Positions 1 to 12,835 of a stretch of DNA of 64,000 nt are shown piece by piece. The DNA comes from Antedon mediterranea. Lineage: Eukaryota; Animalia; Echinodermata. The position numbers and the translations under genes are program-made. The notes under the pieces are model-generated. The model did no database searches, was not told where the DNA came from, and was given only the letters and a program-made list of their open reading frames with translations. The stretch's first letter is position 1; every line of letters begins with the position of its first letter. Where the stretch lies: positions 12,608,101 through 12,672,100 of the forward strand of contig NC_092677.1 of the NCBI RefSeq assembly GCF_964355755.1, given 5' to 3'.

Positions 1-505
1 AGTACTTTGCTCAATGGTGTCATCTGACAAAAAGCAATCAAAGAATATAATTTTCTGCCAATATTTTGTTTGCAATAGTTCTTAATTTTTTTATCCCACA
101 CTAATATCCTACAAGATTAAATATTTACAAAAACGTTAACTAAGACCTGTTTCACCAATTATGTAACAGATGTTTTCAACATCAGTATTGAAATCAAACA
201 TTTTGGAAACAAAATATATTAGAAAGGGAATTATTAAACATTTATTAAATGAAATAAACACACATCGTTATATTTATTAATAGATTATTACCGAATGCCA
301 AATGATAAGAATGGTCAAGTTACAAGTACATTTAAAAACTGTTTAAACACAGAAAATACTGCTGCCATCAGACAACTGAAACTTGTTTAAATTTATTCAG
401 CCATTCACAAAAATTGAACACCACTAAGATAATATTAAATTGTATTGTAATTTCTAAAATATAATTTTGATCGAATCCTGTGTTTTTATTTGAAATTTCA
501 CTCAC

Positions 506-586
506 TACAGTCCTGAAAACTTGCTTGATCCACTCCAGTCTCTCTCTGAATCAGGAGGCCCAACTTCAATCATCATCTGACTTAAC
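506..586 (-). CDS. Candidate exon (possibly first coding exon) of an unidentified minus-strand gene running off the left edge; reads MMIEVGPPDSERDWSGSSKFSGL from ATG at 576
   Basis: Minus strand: acceptor tttgccgtag| before 586, donor |gtgagt after 506; GC content locally higher than the flanks; open frame from ATG ATG to the donor. Peptide not recognised. Confidence 0.4.
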
Positions 587-2098
587 CTACGGCAAACAAC
601 ATATTCTTTAAGGTATTTATTTTTTTTTAAAGGAATAACTACTGTATACAGTAATACTAATTATGGATACCAGCTGAGATGCCGCAGATGAAGTGGAAGC
701 ATAATAGTGCAATTTAATTGTCATAATTTTAACTTGGCACATCCTAAGCAATCTTGTAAAATAAAGCATTTGACCTGTGTACCTAACACCTCAATGAAAA
801 GGTTATTAAAGAACCAATGGGGTACGCAAAGGGTGTTTTAGAAGCACAAAACAATCAAGTTAATATTATACTATAAGATCTTGAGTACTCAGCAAATATA
901 CACACACATCAGCCACTATTTAAGAACTTACTGCGATTAAAAAGCATATCTGTCATAGCTATTGTTTAACACACTTTCACAGGGGAGACAAGTCAAAAGA
1001 ATTTACTCAAGTTAAATCCTGACTGTGTTTAGTGACTCTTAAATAAATGGAAATTCAAAGCAGGAGGCCTAGAAACTATAGAAAGGTGCTTTACTGCCAG
1101 AGGGAGGAATTCACAATGCAGAAACATAACTAAGATTACATGGTTTGTTAGCCAGACACTATAAAATCCTACTGTAAGGAAACTGATCGCTGAACTTATG
1201 TTTCAATAATATGATTTCTGTTAACAATATTTACTGATGTTTACAATATAAACTTTTCGTTGGCACTTTTAATAAATTTATGATGCCATTGTTCAATGAG
1301 ATAAATCATAATCAAGAAAGATTGTTCTCAACACTTTGTAAAAATTTAATTTAGCCTTAAATAAATTTTCAAGCAAATATCTTTACTGTAGCTTTTTTAC
1401 ATATTAGACACAATTTAAGCTATAATTTAAAGTTGCCGACAAATTCTTTACCCATAAATTTTCTATTTTTTTAAAAATTATTTCAGCGATTTTGGAGATT
1501 ACAGTATGCAAGTTTTGACTATGACTGTCCTGTATATTGGATTTTTAGTTTTAGTTACTTAAATTATTTTTGTACAGCATTAAAATATAATTAAGTAAAG
1601 TACTGTATATAAGGCTATATTCTTATGTGGATATTATGTCACAGTAAATTTTGTATTTTCTATTGTTTAATAAGTTGTATATTTTTAGAGTTAAGAATAT
1701 GAATGTAAGCAGTTATACAGTAAATATAAGGCATTACAAAGATTATATTTTTAACGACATTATTATATAGAAGATAAAATAAAAGGAAAACTACACACAA
1801 GATATTAGAAGATGTTTATATTCGTAGCATTTAATTCTTTGCATAATATTTTATTCATACGAATCTTCCCTCGGGATATCTACCTGTTTCTGGTATGTTC
1901 CCTTGATGGACAAAATAGCCATTAAGAGAAAATCAAATTTTGTTGCTAAATTAGTGAGAGAGCCGACTTCAAACTGATGTTAAAATAAAGAGCAGTTACC
2001 AAGTCAAATCAACATATTGTTAATGCTTTTAAACTCCATGCATAATTTATTTTACACTGTCCGATAATTTTTCTCTGAATGTGAAGCAAGCAGTCTTA

Positions 2099-2943
2099 GG
2101 GCCTGTTTCTATAGAGCAGAGAATACGGTTTTGAATACCGTTCTTTTCAAGAACCGTTTTTTCTTGCCAGCAGAAATGGGTCCCCACAAAAAACCACAAA
2201 AAAGAACCGATCTTAAAAACGGTTTCAAAAACCCCAATTGATTGCGGTCTCGATCGCAAAGAACCGTTCTGAAACCGGTTTCCGCGGAGCAATTTTTAGC
2301 TGCAACACAATCGCGGTCTCAATTTGACCCCAAAAACTGAACTCTGCAGTCTGCTGCACTGGGATGATTGCGGTCATCTCGCAGTCAAACTCGCGCGATA
2401 GGACCTAGGCCTAAGTCATTTTTATTTCTCTAGATAGTGAGTATTTTATTTAACTAAAAAATGTTGACCGATGCCATTACGAGGTTCGTAAAAAATATGT
2501 GAAGGAAAGAAGATGAGGGGACTTGTCGGGAGTCGGAAGAAAGACTCACGTATAGGCCTACATGTTTTTAAGAATATTGTAAAGCGTGTGAAAAATAGAC
2601 GAGTTCAACTTGACAATATCAGAGGGTGCGACGTACCTATACTTTAACCAAGGACCACAATAACGTTTCAGGTAATAATTCCCCTTCTATGATGAAATGG
2701 ATGCTATTTCTTGGGGATCGCGCTATGCGAAAAAAAGTAAACATGACCACGATCAAATCGCGCTTCCGCCTAACGAACTGCATTGTGGTGTATATAATGA
2801 CGTCATTCATAACGAACGCACATGGACGGAACCGGTTTTATTGGAGTAAAAATTGAGCTGCAACGCGATCTTTATTTATAAACAACAGCCGAAACCGGTT
2901 TCCAAAAAACCATTCTTTTTTATTTTTCAATAGAAACAGGCCC
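2099..2943. mobile_element. PIF/Harbinger-type non-autonomous element (845 bp)
   Basis: TIR GGGCCTGTTTCTAT (2099) / ATAGAAACAGGCCC (2943); TTA target duplication at 2096-2098 and 2944-2946; subterminal AACCG(G)TT repeats; no transposase ORF. Confidence 0.9.
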
Positions 2944-4798
2944 TTAAAGATACGAAACATTCATTTCCATCAATATGGCCTTGACAATATGACCGATAAA
3001 TATGTTCAATAATAACATCACAGTATAAGTACCTGATATAGACACTTGGACTGTAAACCACCTATGTTACTAATGTACTACATTCACATCAATGTAATAC
3101 TCAATGTTATTACTGATAGAGTACATTATTTTGTGTCGTCCAGTATTGATTTTGAAAATGTTCAATAATGTAATCAACTGTTATGAACATGTGCTATTAC
3201 TGTATACATTATTGAATTATTTTATATTGATTTGGACAATGATGTAATAAACATTTATATTACATTATTTTGTAAACACTATCTAACATTTTTACAATAC
3301 TCAACAGTCATCATCCATGTGACTAATTTATATAATGTTCTATTGTATGTGCTAAATTATGATAGTGTTATACTGTACCCTTATAAGGTGTTAGTGTTCT
3401 GTCACATACTGTAGATACGGTCTATCATTAGTGTTGTGTCCCTAAAATATCCTGCTTAACTACATGAGTTTGATTTAGTGTTCTATCTATATAGATAGTA
3501 GTGTTACAATGGTTACAATCCACATGATTTAACCCTAAACAATGCAATTAACACTAATCAGAGTGTCCACTAAATGTGTATGTATACCATGTGATAATAG
3601 AAACACTAAATTGAATAAAATAGTAACTGTATTCAAATGTGTTAAGGAAACTGCATTTTACTATAAAAATCATTGGAAGAATATGAAACATAAATATCTT
3701 AATTTTCAGTGTATATACAATAAATCAATCATCCTGATTATTGGGCTAATATATAATAATAAAAATGACATTTAAGCTTGAAATTATGAATCCTAATTAA
3801 AAATTACAAATTTATGCTGGTAACACAGTCTTTGAATATTATGCTACTATAAATAATATCACATTTTAGAATTATTAACAAATGAATTTAAATCGTCACA
3901 AAAGTATCATTCAATATTTTGGACAATTCAACTGTATACAGTACACAATTTGTTTTAATAAATTATAATGTAATTATAGTATTAACATTCTGAAGTCAAA
4001 TTTGTAATTATTTATTGATTATGCAATTTAGAAATTCTTTTATTGCTATGCTTTAAAAAATATGAATGTTAATTATCTAATAAATAATTTAGTGTTTCAA
4101 CCATATATTATAATACATTTTACAATTGAAAATAACTAATAAGAAAATAAGTTAGGATCAAGTATTATTTTTTGAATTGATTGTTGCTTTAAACAAAAAT
4201 AAACAAACCAATGCAAGCCAGCTTAATTGGATGGCTCCTCAAGGCCTGGCTAACTCATGACTGCTTGCATTCAGTGAGTGTGCTTACCAAAATAGAAACA
4301 CAGGCTACACCATGTAATCTAGACTGCTGCTATATGTTCTTAATTTAACTTTAGGCCTAGCTACGTCCTTTATGTGCTTCCTTAATCTATACTTAGGCAT
4401 GCTATTATCTATCTTATTAGACCACGCATAACGCCTATCTGGCCTAGACAGGTAACAACCTTGTCACCTTGAATTGGTTTCTGTGAAACTATATAAACAA
4501 ACAATGCGTTGTTTTGCAAGAAATTTACTATAAAATAAAAATAGATCGACATTTCAAATCCACAACTGAATATCCTAACAAAAATATATCCAAATTCGGC
4601 AACTAAGCACGTACTTTGATTTGAGATTTAAGTACCTGTTGTATGATTCCGACGCATGCATGGGTGCACAACCCTAGTCAGAATTAGACGATACTTCGCA
4701 AGTCAGGTAAAAACAACAAACTAAAACAAAAGTATGGTAGAACTTTTCAAAATATACTATCCGAGAGTTGATCAAATACAAATTTTAAACTAGCCTAC

Positions 4799-5110
4799 CT
4801 GGTATGAATCTGGTGTAGAACAATTCACACTTCACACGTTTTAAGATCCGTAGTCAACTAAGCAACGTTCCTAATTATCGGCTTCTAAGGCCGGTAATTA
4901 GCAGCTCCCAGAGCCGCGGAGAAGCAAAACATATTACCCTCAAGAGAACTAAACTTAAACTTACGTTTTCTGGAAAACCAAATAGCGCTGGAATACGAAA
5001 CTTCTCCACTTGATAAATATGGAAGTATTCTTCGAGCGACGAGGTGTTTCGCGCGTAATCAGTGAGATCTTCGGTAAGTTTTCGAAGAGAAAAGAGCGAG
5101 CGAATCATAC
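4799..5110 (-). other. Candidate non-coding first exon of the divergent minus-strand gene
   Basis: CpG-rich patch ending at a good minus-strand donor ccag|gtaggc (intron GT at 4798-4797); CCAAT at ~5111 and YY1-like AAAATGGC at ~5150. The 5' boundary is a guess. Confidence 0.4.
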
Positions 5111-6382
5111 CCAATCAGTCAGGCACGGCATAATTCGCTAATTATTTCCAAAATGGCAGAGAGCGCTGATAATCAATGGGCATGCGTAATAGGTGTAAGA
5201 CAATTTACATATTCTTTCACCCACTAATGCCTACTGTCAAATATTTACTTTAGCAAACAACACCGCCCATAAGAAAACAATAATTCCAGCAATTGCTTAA
5301 CAGAAATATAAACCCTTAGCAAAGGATTGATGAGTGAATAATTCCGTTGCGATGCTCAAAGCTGAGTGAGGGTGTAAATTGAGATCGGGAAATCCTCATC
5401 ATTGAGACAAAAAACCAAGGTTAATTCCTCCAGCGAAAGTCACTGCTGATGTGCTAACCTCATTTGCATAAAGCCAATTTCTACCCCAGACCCCATTTTG
5501 TCCTAATGCGCTGGAAAGAAAAACGGGTATGGATGAATGGATGTGTAGTAGTACACTGCTACAGTGAAGTGAGTGGTGAATTCTAATAGCATTCAGCTTC
5601 ATTGACTGTGTGAGTGGTGGTAGAGATTTATTTCGTAGAAAAACACGCTTGAAATAGCCGCAAAATATTGCGCGACGTCAACAGCGTAGACAGATCACGT
5701 GATTACAATATATGACCTCAGAAAACCTTATGAGTTGCAATAATCTCTTGTCGCGCATCCTAAGCATGAACTTAGTTTGAACTTAAGTATAAGAAACATA
5801 TAATAAGGAAAATGGTGTGTATTTAACCGCTTAGAAAGTAAGCAATATTATATAAATTTACATAACGTTCATGCTTAAAATGTAAGCAATGAATCCCGCT
5901 AGCTGGATCGTCTTATTATAGCCCGTGCTTAATTACTTTTCCAAAAGAACGTCTGGCAATACTGGTCAAGGCCATCGGAAGTGACGTAATGGGGAAGCCA
6001 CACACGTGTGAGAGAGACGAGTTTGTAAACAAAAAAGGTGAGAGAGAGCGACGCTCGTTTCGCAGATGATAGAAATAAAATTGTTTGTCTTGTACTATTA
6101 TCCACCGAAAATACGCATACATTAGTTAGAAAGAAAGATATAATTGAATTTTAAAACCGAAAAAACAATTTTAAGCTCACTGAACGTAACATTAACAACT
6201 GTGGCTAGGCAAGGCATTTATTCGGCTGGAGGCGACGGATACGACGACTGAAAACGTATAGGCTCGCTGAACATTGCTGTCGGTAGAGCAGGCCTGGGCC
6301 TAGATAAAGGCTTTTAAATATTAGACAAGTAACACAGTATTATATTGAAAAGTAGACAATAAACTTTAGGAGCTAACAAATA
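5100..6382. promoter_or_regulatory. CpG-rich, probably bidirectional promoter region upstream of THTPA
   Basis: CpG enrichment against a CpG-poor background; octamer ATTTGCAT ~5462; E-boxes TCACGTGA ~5695 and CACACGTGTG 6001-6010; overlapping ETS/CRE motif CGGAAGTGACGT 5976-5987. Confidence 0.65.
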
Positions 6383-6890
6383 ATGGCTTTAGAAATTGAG
6401 AGAAAATTTGTAATTCATGAAAAGAGTGAGGAAATTTTAGTACAGAAAGGTGGAATAAAGAAAAGAGAAGTTTCTTTTACTGATAGATATTTTGACACAA
6501 CAAATTATGACTTATCTTTATCAGACACATGGCTGAGAAAAAGAGGGGATAAATGGCAACTTAAACATCCTCCTAAAGAACGCTGTAACAGTTTAACTTG
6601 CCAATATGTAGAAATAGAAACCGATTACGGAATCGCTATGTATTTATCGCATCAATTCCCTGTTTTATTCAACCATTCTGAAGCAACAATGGTTGATATA
6701 AGCCAATGTCTGACTGAGTTTGCAAAGTTCGTTACGAACAGAAAGACTTATGCAATCGATGATTTCAATGTTGATTTTGACAGAACTGATTTTGACTTTG
6801 AGGTGGGTGAGATTGAGCTGGTGGATTGCAATGATAAGCAAGATGTACATTCAATGGTAGACAAAGTTGACAAGTTTGCAGAGTCCTTAG
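6383..6890 (+). CDS. THTPA: Thiamine triphosphatase (CYTH family), coding exon 1
   Basis: MALEIERKF (CYTH ExExK signature), DRYFDT, WLRKR, WQLK, FVTNRKTY, DFDFEVGEIE match the THTPA pattern. Exon ends at donor ag|gtatga (6891), phase 1. The GWGWGG tail in the ORF track is intron read-through. Confidence 0.93.
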
Positions 6891-6905
6891 GTATGATTAC
6901 AGGTT

Positions 6906-6954
6906 GGGGGTGGGGTGGGGTGGGGTGGGGTGGGGCGGGGCGGGGCGGGGCGGG
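6906..6954 (+). repeat. (GGGGT)n(GGGGC)n G-run array, G-quadruplex-forming, at the start of THTPA intron 1
   Basis: About ten consecutive G3-G5 tracts separated by single T or C, starting 15 nt after the donor. Confidence 0.9.
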
Positions 6955-7179
6955 AGAATGGGTACATCCAATATGCTGAGAAAGGGGTAAATAGGGTATG
7001 GGATCCTTCCCTAGCAAGCATTTCCTACTGTAGAAAACAATTTTGTGGGGTGGGGATGAGGTTGAGACACAGGTGGAGCTGATATATTTGCAATCCACCC
7101 TATCCCTCCTTTACATAACAAATGCATTTATGTTGTTAACTTTGTGTCATAGGGATAGCTCTAACTCTAACAGCAGTAG

Positions 7180-7240
7180 AGCTAACTTAGAGGTTTCACA
7201 ACATGCGCTATATAAATCCAGGATATTATTATTATTATAA
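7180..7240 (+). mobile_element. 3' tail remnant of an L2-type LINE or partner SINE
   Basis: GCGCTATATAAAT followed by (TAT)n; the same terminal motif occurs inverted at ~62430-62500. Confidence 0.55.
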
Positions 7241-8239
7241 AACTTTAAGAATTGTTATTAAAATGTACTACATAATGTATGTAATATATTAAGATAAATA
7301 AGTAATATATTATTCACTATATAATTGTTGGTACAATGGTTTTTACTAACTTCCTCCCCTTTTATTATCATAAATCAATTATTACCATATTTATTTTGTA
7401 TCATATTTGTAATCCCATCACAACATCAGTGTCATCATATTCAATTTTTTTTAATGATTTTATGATTATAATTAACGTAGAAAGAAAAAACAAACATTAA
7501 ATCAATTATCAGTATTCTATACCAACTGTCAAAAACTGGAGTTATTTTATTCAGTACTGTAGTGACTTTAAGTCAGCAGAATCTTGTAGGAATAAGTCAA
7601 AATATACCACATATTATATTTAGTTCACAGCGGAATTACACAATAAAAATATAAATTAAAAGCAAGATATGAATTCCATACAGAATTATGAAAACATAAA
7701 AACTACTTTTATAGTATCAGCGATGATATGATTCAAATTGGTTGGTGTAATCCAGCTAAGATTAAAGCATTCATAAAACAGGTTGTATGAATATATATGA
7801 AGTTAGAAGATTATAAAAGCATTATTCAGATATAATTCTCTATTTTATTTTTCCAATTGTGGCGTTTAATTAGTTATATTTTCTTAATATAGACCCATTT
7901 GGACGCTGGATTAAATATTTAGCTTTGCTCTAATTAAAAAATGTTCAAATTTCAACTATTTTTAATCATTCATATTAATACATGAAATTATCAAATCATT
8001 TTGAAGGCTTACAGAGAAACTGTACACTTAATGATGATATTGGTATTATAGTGCTACGTAACAAATAAAAATAGTCTGTGAGATTGAATAAAATTGTCTT
8101 CACCACAAAGCTTTAAACTTGGATTCTTCTATTGGATATGCAGATACTATAAGCAGACCCAAAGAGGTGGGCGCAGCCAACTGGACAAAGCAATATTTAA
8201 GTTCAAAACATTATAATGTTTAGGTCCTGGGCCAATATT

Positions 8240-8640
8240 TTATTTATTTATTTATTTTAACCATATTTAATGAGGGTGATCCATCCAGCATTTGCTGATC
8301 ATTTGGGACCCTCAGAACAGATACAATACACAAAATACATCAAAAACAGAAAAGTTAAAGAAAAAAAACACCAAAAAATAAAATTAATTACATAAGAATA
8401 AAAATCTGAATAAAAAAATTTTAAATAGAGAAAATATCCACCAATACAGTATCTTATTATTTAAAAATACAACTGGATAGCGTCTGGCTGTTTGTCCTAC
8501 TACTTAATAGTGATGTATCTTCTATGCTTTGTAGGCTATTTAAACAGACAAACTTACTACAGTACAATGTAATTGATAGATGGCATCAACTTAGTTGAAG
8601 AATTCCATCTTTAAACAACTTTGTTTCACCTGATTTATTT
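8240..8640 (-). mobile_element. Degraded 3' end of a CR1/L2-group LINE
   Basis: (TTTA)n tail, stem-loop gagggt...accctc next to the tail, and a WNS-like codon motif (agatggaattct on minus) upstream. Confidence 0.45.
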
Positions 8641-8877
8641 ACCTACCATCAAATTTCATTGTGTACATGGTACAATGGACAGCAACTCTTACAACAACGA
8701 CCTGGTTTAACAATAAAAGAACAAAATTAACATGTGAAGACATATTCAACGTACTTTGACACACTAATAAAGTAAATAAACCTACTGTACCTAGTTGTTG
8801 GTAATGGCCGATGCCTTTCTTTTTCTTACACTGTATTCAACAGGGGAGTGTCAAACATTTCTGAAAGGGGATCGAGT

Positions 8878-8950
8878 GGAGTGGAGTTGTGGCTTAATGG
8901 TTGATGCTTGGCTACCACTCCAAGGTCCTGGGTTCAAGTCCTGTCACGTG
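8878..8950 (+). mobile_element. Degenerate tRNA-derived SINE head
   Basis: A-box-like TGGCTTAATGG and B-box GGTTCAAGTCC at tRNA spacing; no intact cloverleaf. Confidence 0.55.
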
Positions 8951-10029
8951 TCAGGACAAAATTACAACTCCACTCCCAAAAACTTGTAATAAGACTTTCT
9001 TTATGTAGAGCATCTTGTGTATATGTTTGTCTTGTGAACCTAAGTATGAGGGTCCCTAATGATCAGTTTATTATTGCAGTAATACAGTGTGATTACTCAA
9101 TCAGAAACACTTGTTTTCAACATTATAATTATTTTTTCCAAACATGGATTCATGGACCAGCCAATCAAAGGTGGATCCAGGATTTTGAAATAGGGAGTCG
9201 GGGATCAGCGATTTGTTTTGCATTCCTATACCCCTCCATCGACTGGATCTGCCTATGTGGAAAATCTAGGCAGAAGGCCATCTCTTTTTAATGAATACCA
9301 CATTTTCTATGTTTTTTCACATACATGGAAAGTATTTAATTATTTTTCAGGTTTTTAATGACCTGTCATAAGTCATGTATATATTGACAGTACTGTTTTC
9401 TTAGGAGTTATAGTTTAAAAGTCAATTCTAAACAAACCAAGCCTACCTACTCATTTACTTCAAAGCCTCGTCGCATTTTCTCTCCTACAAGTTCATGCGT
9501 AAATGTTAACTGTATAAACACACGGCTTATCTGGAAATGAGAAATCATGGACCGATATCTACGGATTTATTTTATATTTTGATGGCTTGATGTTTTAAGC
9601 CCATGTTTTTTCTGATGGCAAATTAAAGTAGGCCCATGTCATTGAATAATGAGTAAAGGAATAACTTAAGTTTAACACTCAACTTGTGTATACCTAGCAT
9701 ATGTTACGCAAAACCCTGCGATACACCAGATGAAATCAAATAAATTCGCATCACAAGGCTCTCGTAACCATAAAAAGAATTTGATAACATGATATGCTGA
9801 TCCAAACTAAAAGAAAATTAAGCTTAATTTTATCTAGGTATTAAAAGGCAATACTGTAATAAAGTGGACTCATTAGACAAATGTAATAAGTATTTCAAAC
9901 AGTATTGTAACACAATCCAAATATATGTTTGTGATAAATATTAACGAAAAGAAAGAAATTCTAAACTCCAATAATAATAATACCAAAAGAAAAAAATGAA
10001 GTGTTTTAAATGGAAAAATAAGAAAACCA

Positions 10030-10095
10030 AACCAAGACTCGAACTTAGATCTTTTGCTTGATATGGCAGATAGCATACCATTAAACCACTAATTG
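10030..10095 (-). repeat. tRNA-like repeat (same family as 33350 and 34130)
   Basis: Minus strand AGTGGTTTAATGGT...TATCAAGCAAAAGATCTAAGTTCGAGTC, similar to the copies at ~33380 and ~34165. Confidence 0.55.
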
Positions 10096-10610
10096 TGATA
10101 AAAACTCTAAATCGGCTAATGATATATTGGAAATTAATATTTAGTATCTAAAATGCAATATAGCTGAACATTTCCTGTTAAACAAACAAGGAGATTTCGC
10201 TGTAGCCAACCCCTATTCAGGTGACATCTTTATAAATGCCCTTTTTGTGGCTCCAGAAAGCATCCCTTTGAAATGTTGTATATGTACACATCTAATAAAG
10301 AGAGTTTAAGACAGTGTATACTACAGTAATATATTGTGGTTGTATAGGTATTTAGAACTGTATAAATATTACCAACAACAAATTCCACAATTCTTTTTCA
10401 TAACGCACATTTTGCTGCAATTAACCATAGGTAGAGTTTTAACAATTATATCCATTCGTTTGATTGTATGGAAGTCTGGTTTTTAAATTAAGCCTTTAAA
10501 ATGACATACAGTTTATACTAATGTATATTTGAACATTTTGAAATACCATTCATCTTAAGCTAATTAGCGTATGACATTTAAAAACTCATCTTCTTCCTTT
10601 TTTCCCCCAG

Positions 10611-10711
10611 AATTTTCAACCTCGGAGCGAGTCAAAAGCAAAATGGAGGAATTCTTACAAAAATTCAGGCCAGAGCATTATAAAATATTGGTGGAAGCAA
10701 ACATCTTATAA
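10611..10711 (+). CDS. THTPA: Thiamine triphosphatase, coding exon 2 (last), EFSTSERVKSKMEEFLQKFRPEHYKILVEANIL*
   Basis: Strong acceptor ttcttccttttttcccccag|; phase 1 matches exon 1; K-x4-LQKFRPEHY resembles the THTPA C-terminal helix (human LQRFRPQDY, from memory); TAA at 10709-10711; spliced product 202 aa. Confidence 0.9.
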
Positions 10712-10959
10712 GCAAACTTATTACTATTTTCACTGCAGAATTTTCAACCATGGTTGTTCTTAAGCATCAAACTAGTACAGTTTTACCTGTGAAAGAAAAA
10801 AAAAATATATGTTTTAACACTTTGCTTGAGGGGACACACCATCAATGGGACAGATGGGTTGTTGGGTTCCATCCCATATATTTTTACATTTTTGTAAATT
10901 GTTTTATTAATTCTCAAAATAAAGTAAAAAAAGAAGAAAAAATACCTAAAATTGTCTAG

Positions 10960-11060
10960 AAAAAAAAATGTGATGTGCCCACATATGGACATGATGATCA
11001 CTACCATATTTGGGTATATCACACCATGTTTGGGCACTAGTTTGATAGTATAGACAGAGC
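10960..11060 (+). mobile_element. Partial Harbinger-like MITE (AGCTCTGTCTACACTA family), in or near the THTPA 3' UTR
   Basis: Shares the CACTACCATATTTGGG core and AGTTTGATAGTRTAGACAGAGC end with four other copies in the window. Confidence 0.8.
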
Positions 11061-12835
11061 ACTAGAGTAAGTGTACTGTATACATTTAGAACAAAAAGCA
11101 TTCCTATTTACTCAGATCATTTAATGTTTTATTTTAAAAAATGTAATAAAAAGAAAAAAAAAGATTTTTGATATATTAAATGTTTTGAAGTTCTTAATTT
11201 TCGACATTTTGTTCTTTTATTTTGAGTAAACTGTTTCTCGCGTTATAGTTTTGATCTGATAATAATTATTACATTAAAAAAATCTAAAGTAAGCAGAGTA
11301 AGAAAAAAGTCTGCATGTCAAATGCTTGCTTTTCAGCGTATAATTACAGTTTTCATTATATGTTTTAAAATCTGTATCTGTTGCAATAATTTATTACTTG
11401 TGATGTCCAATTTGATGAAAAACTAAATTGGATTAATCATTTATGACCGTTCTTTGGTAATAAAATACATCAGATACACGATAATTATGAATTTTAATAT
11501 TAATTGATATTCAAAGAGTGATGTCGAATTCAAAATATCTTGTTTTAATACCATTATATGATTGAGCGCAGAATCATAAATGCCGTCTTCATTTATAGAA
11601 TTTTTAATATTTATATTTTAAGGTAGTTTATGAGATAAGTGGAAGTTGGAAGAAAAAAATGTATTAAATGAAAGGAATCAATCAATGCAGATTTATATTT
11701 TAAAAGTTAAATAGACATATTTGTACTATTTACTGATAGTGCTTAATGGTATGTGCCTTCTGGGTCGTAGGGTGGGGTACGGATGCATGCGGAACACCAT
11801 TGTCATAATTTAACTTGGTTGTGGAAGATAAATTACCTTTGAAATTTGTAAATGTTGGACAAAATACACACACATTGTGTGATCTCTGACCTAATATTCT
11901 ATAAATAACATACTGCACTAAACATGCATAGAAAAGAGTTAGGTTAAAACCTGAACCATAGGAGTTACAACCAACATACATGCTTGTGTGATAAGTTAAC
12001 TCCAATATGTTATATCCAATATAAACTTTGAGAGTTTCGAACCAGATGAAATGGGACGTGGTATATCGTATGACATTTTGTGTCTAAACACAGAATAATC
12101 TAAATAACTCTGATAGATGCATTTGAACTCCGATGAAAAAAAGAGTGTGTGAACATTGCTTTAAAACAATTTAAATAATTTCAATAGTCTTAGCTAGTGT
12201 TCTATAGCATAAGCCAGCAGTGTTTATGAATTAAAATATTGTGTCGCCATAGGATCCAGACCTTTGAACCTTTTGTTTTATTCCATACAAAACGAGTGGC
12301 AAACTACTAAACATTTAAGAAATCAGTTAATGATTTCAAGGTCTCGGACCTGGTATTCTGTGAATAAATAGACAGCGGTACATAAGAACTCATATAGTGT
12401 GTCGGCGTATTATTGTCTATGCCCAACCATTCAAAAACAATTATAAAGTTACTGAATATGAAAATTTGTTAACAAAAGCTATTCATATAGAGAGAAAGGT
12501 TGAATAACAACGTTATATGGTTGTGGAGTGGTTATAAAAACAACAACAATAGTGATAATCTTATCTTATTCATATGAACAAAAATTAACACAACAATATT
12601 TCAAATTGTGGACGCTTTTGGGTATTGTTCTTAATCACTGTGTGTGTATTAAGTGCGTATCTCATAGAATTGAACATTGCACTATTTGAAAAGGAATAAA
12701 TCCTATAGAAATTTTGCTCTTTAATATTTTCAATTATATTAGTTAGAACTTTGTAACATTATTTCGTAGCATAGCAAAATTCTGCACATTATTTCTACGT
12801 ATTTATCAAATGATATTGCTAAAAACGCAAAATTA

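Noticed and set aside
2047-2856. ORFs of 81 and 76 aa inside the Harbinger element as a transposase
   Set aside because: Too short, with no DDE or Myb/SANT motifs.
6891-6979. Gly/Trp-rich C-terminus of the 198-aa ORF and the antisense Pro-rich ORF 6748-7098
   Set aside because: Translation of the intronic G-run; the true C-terminus is exon 2.
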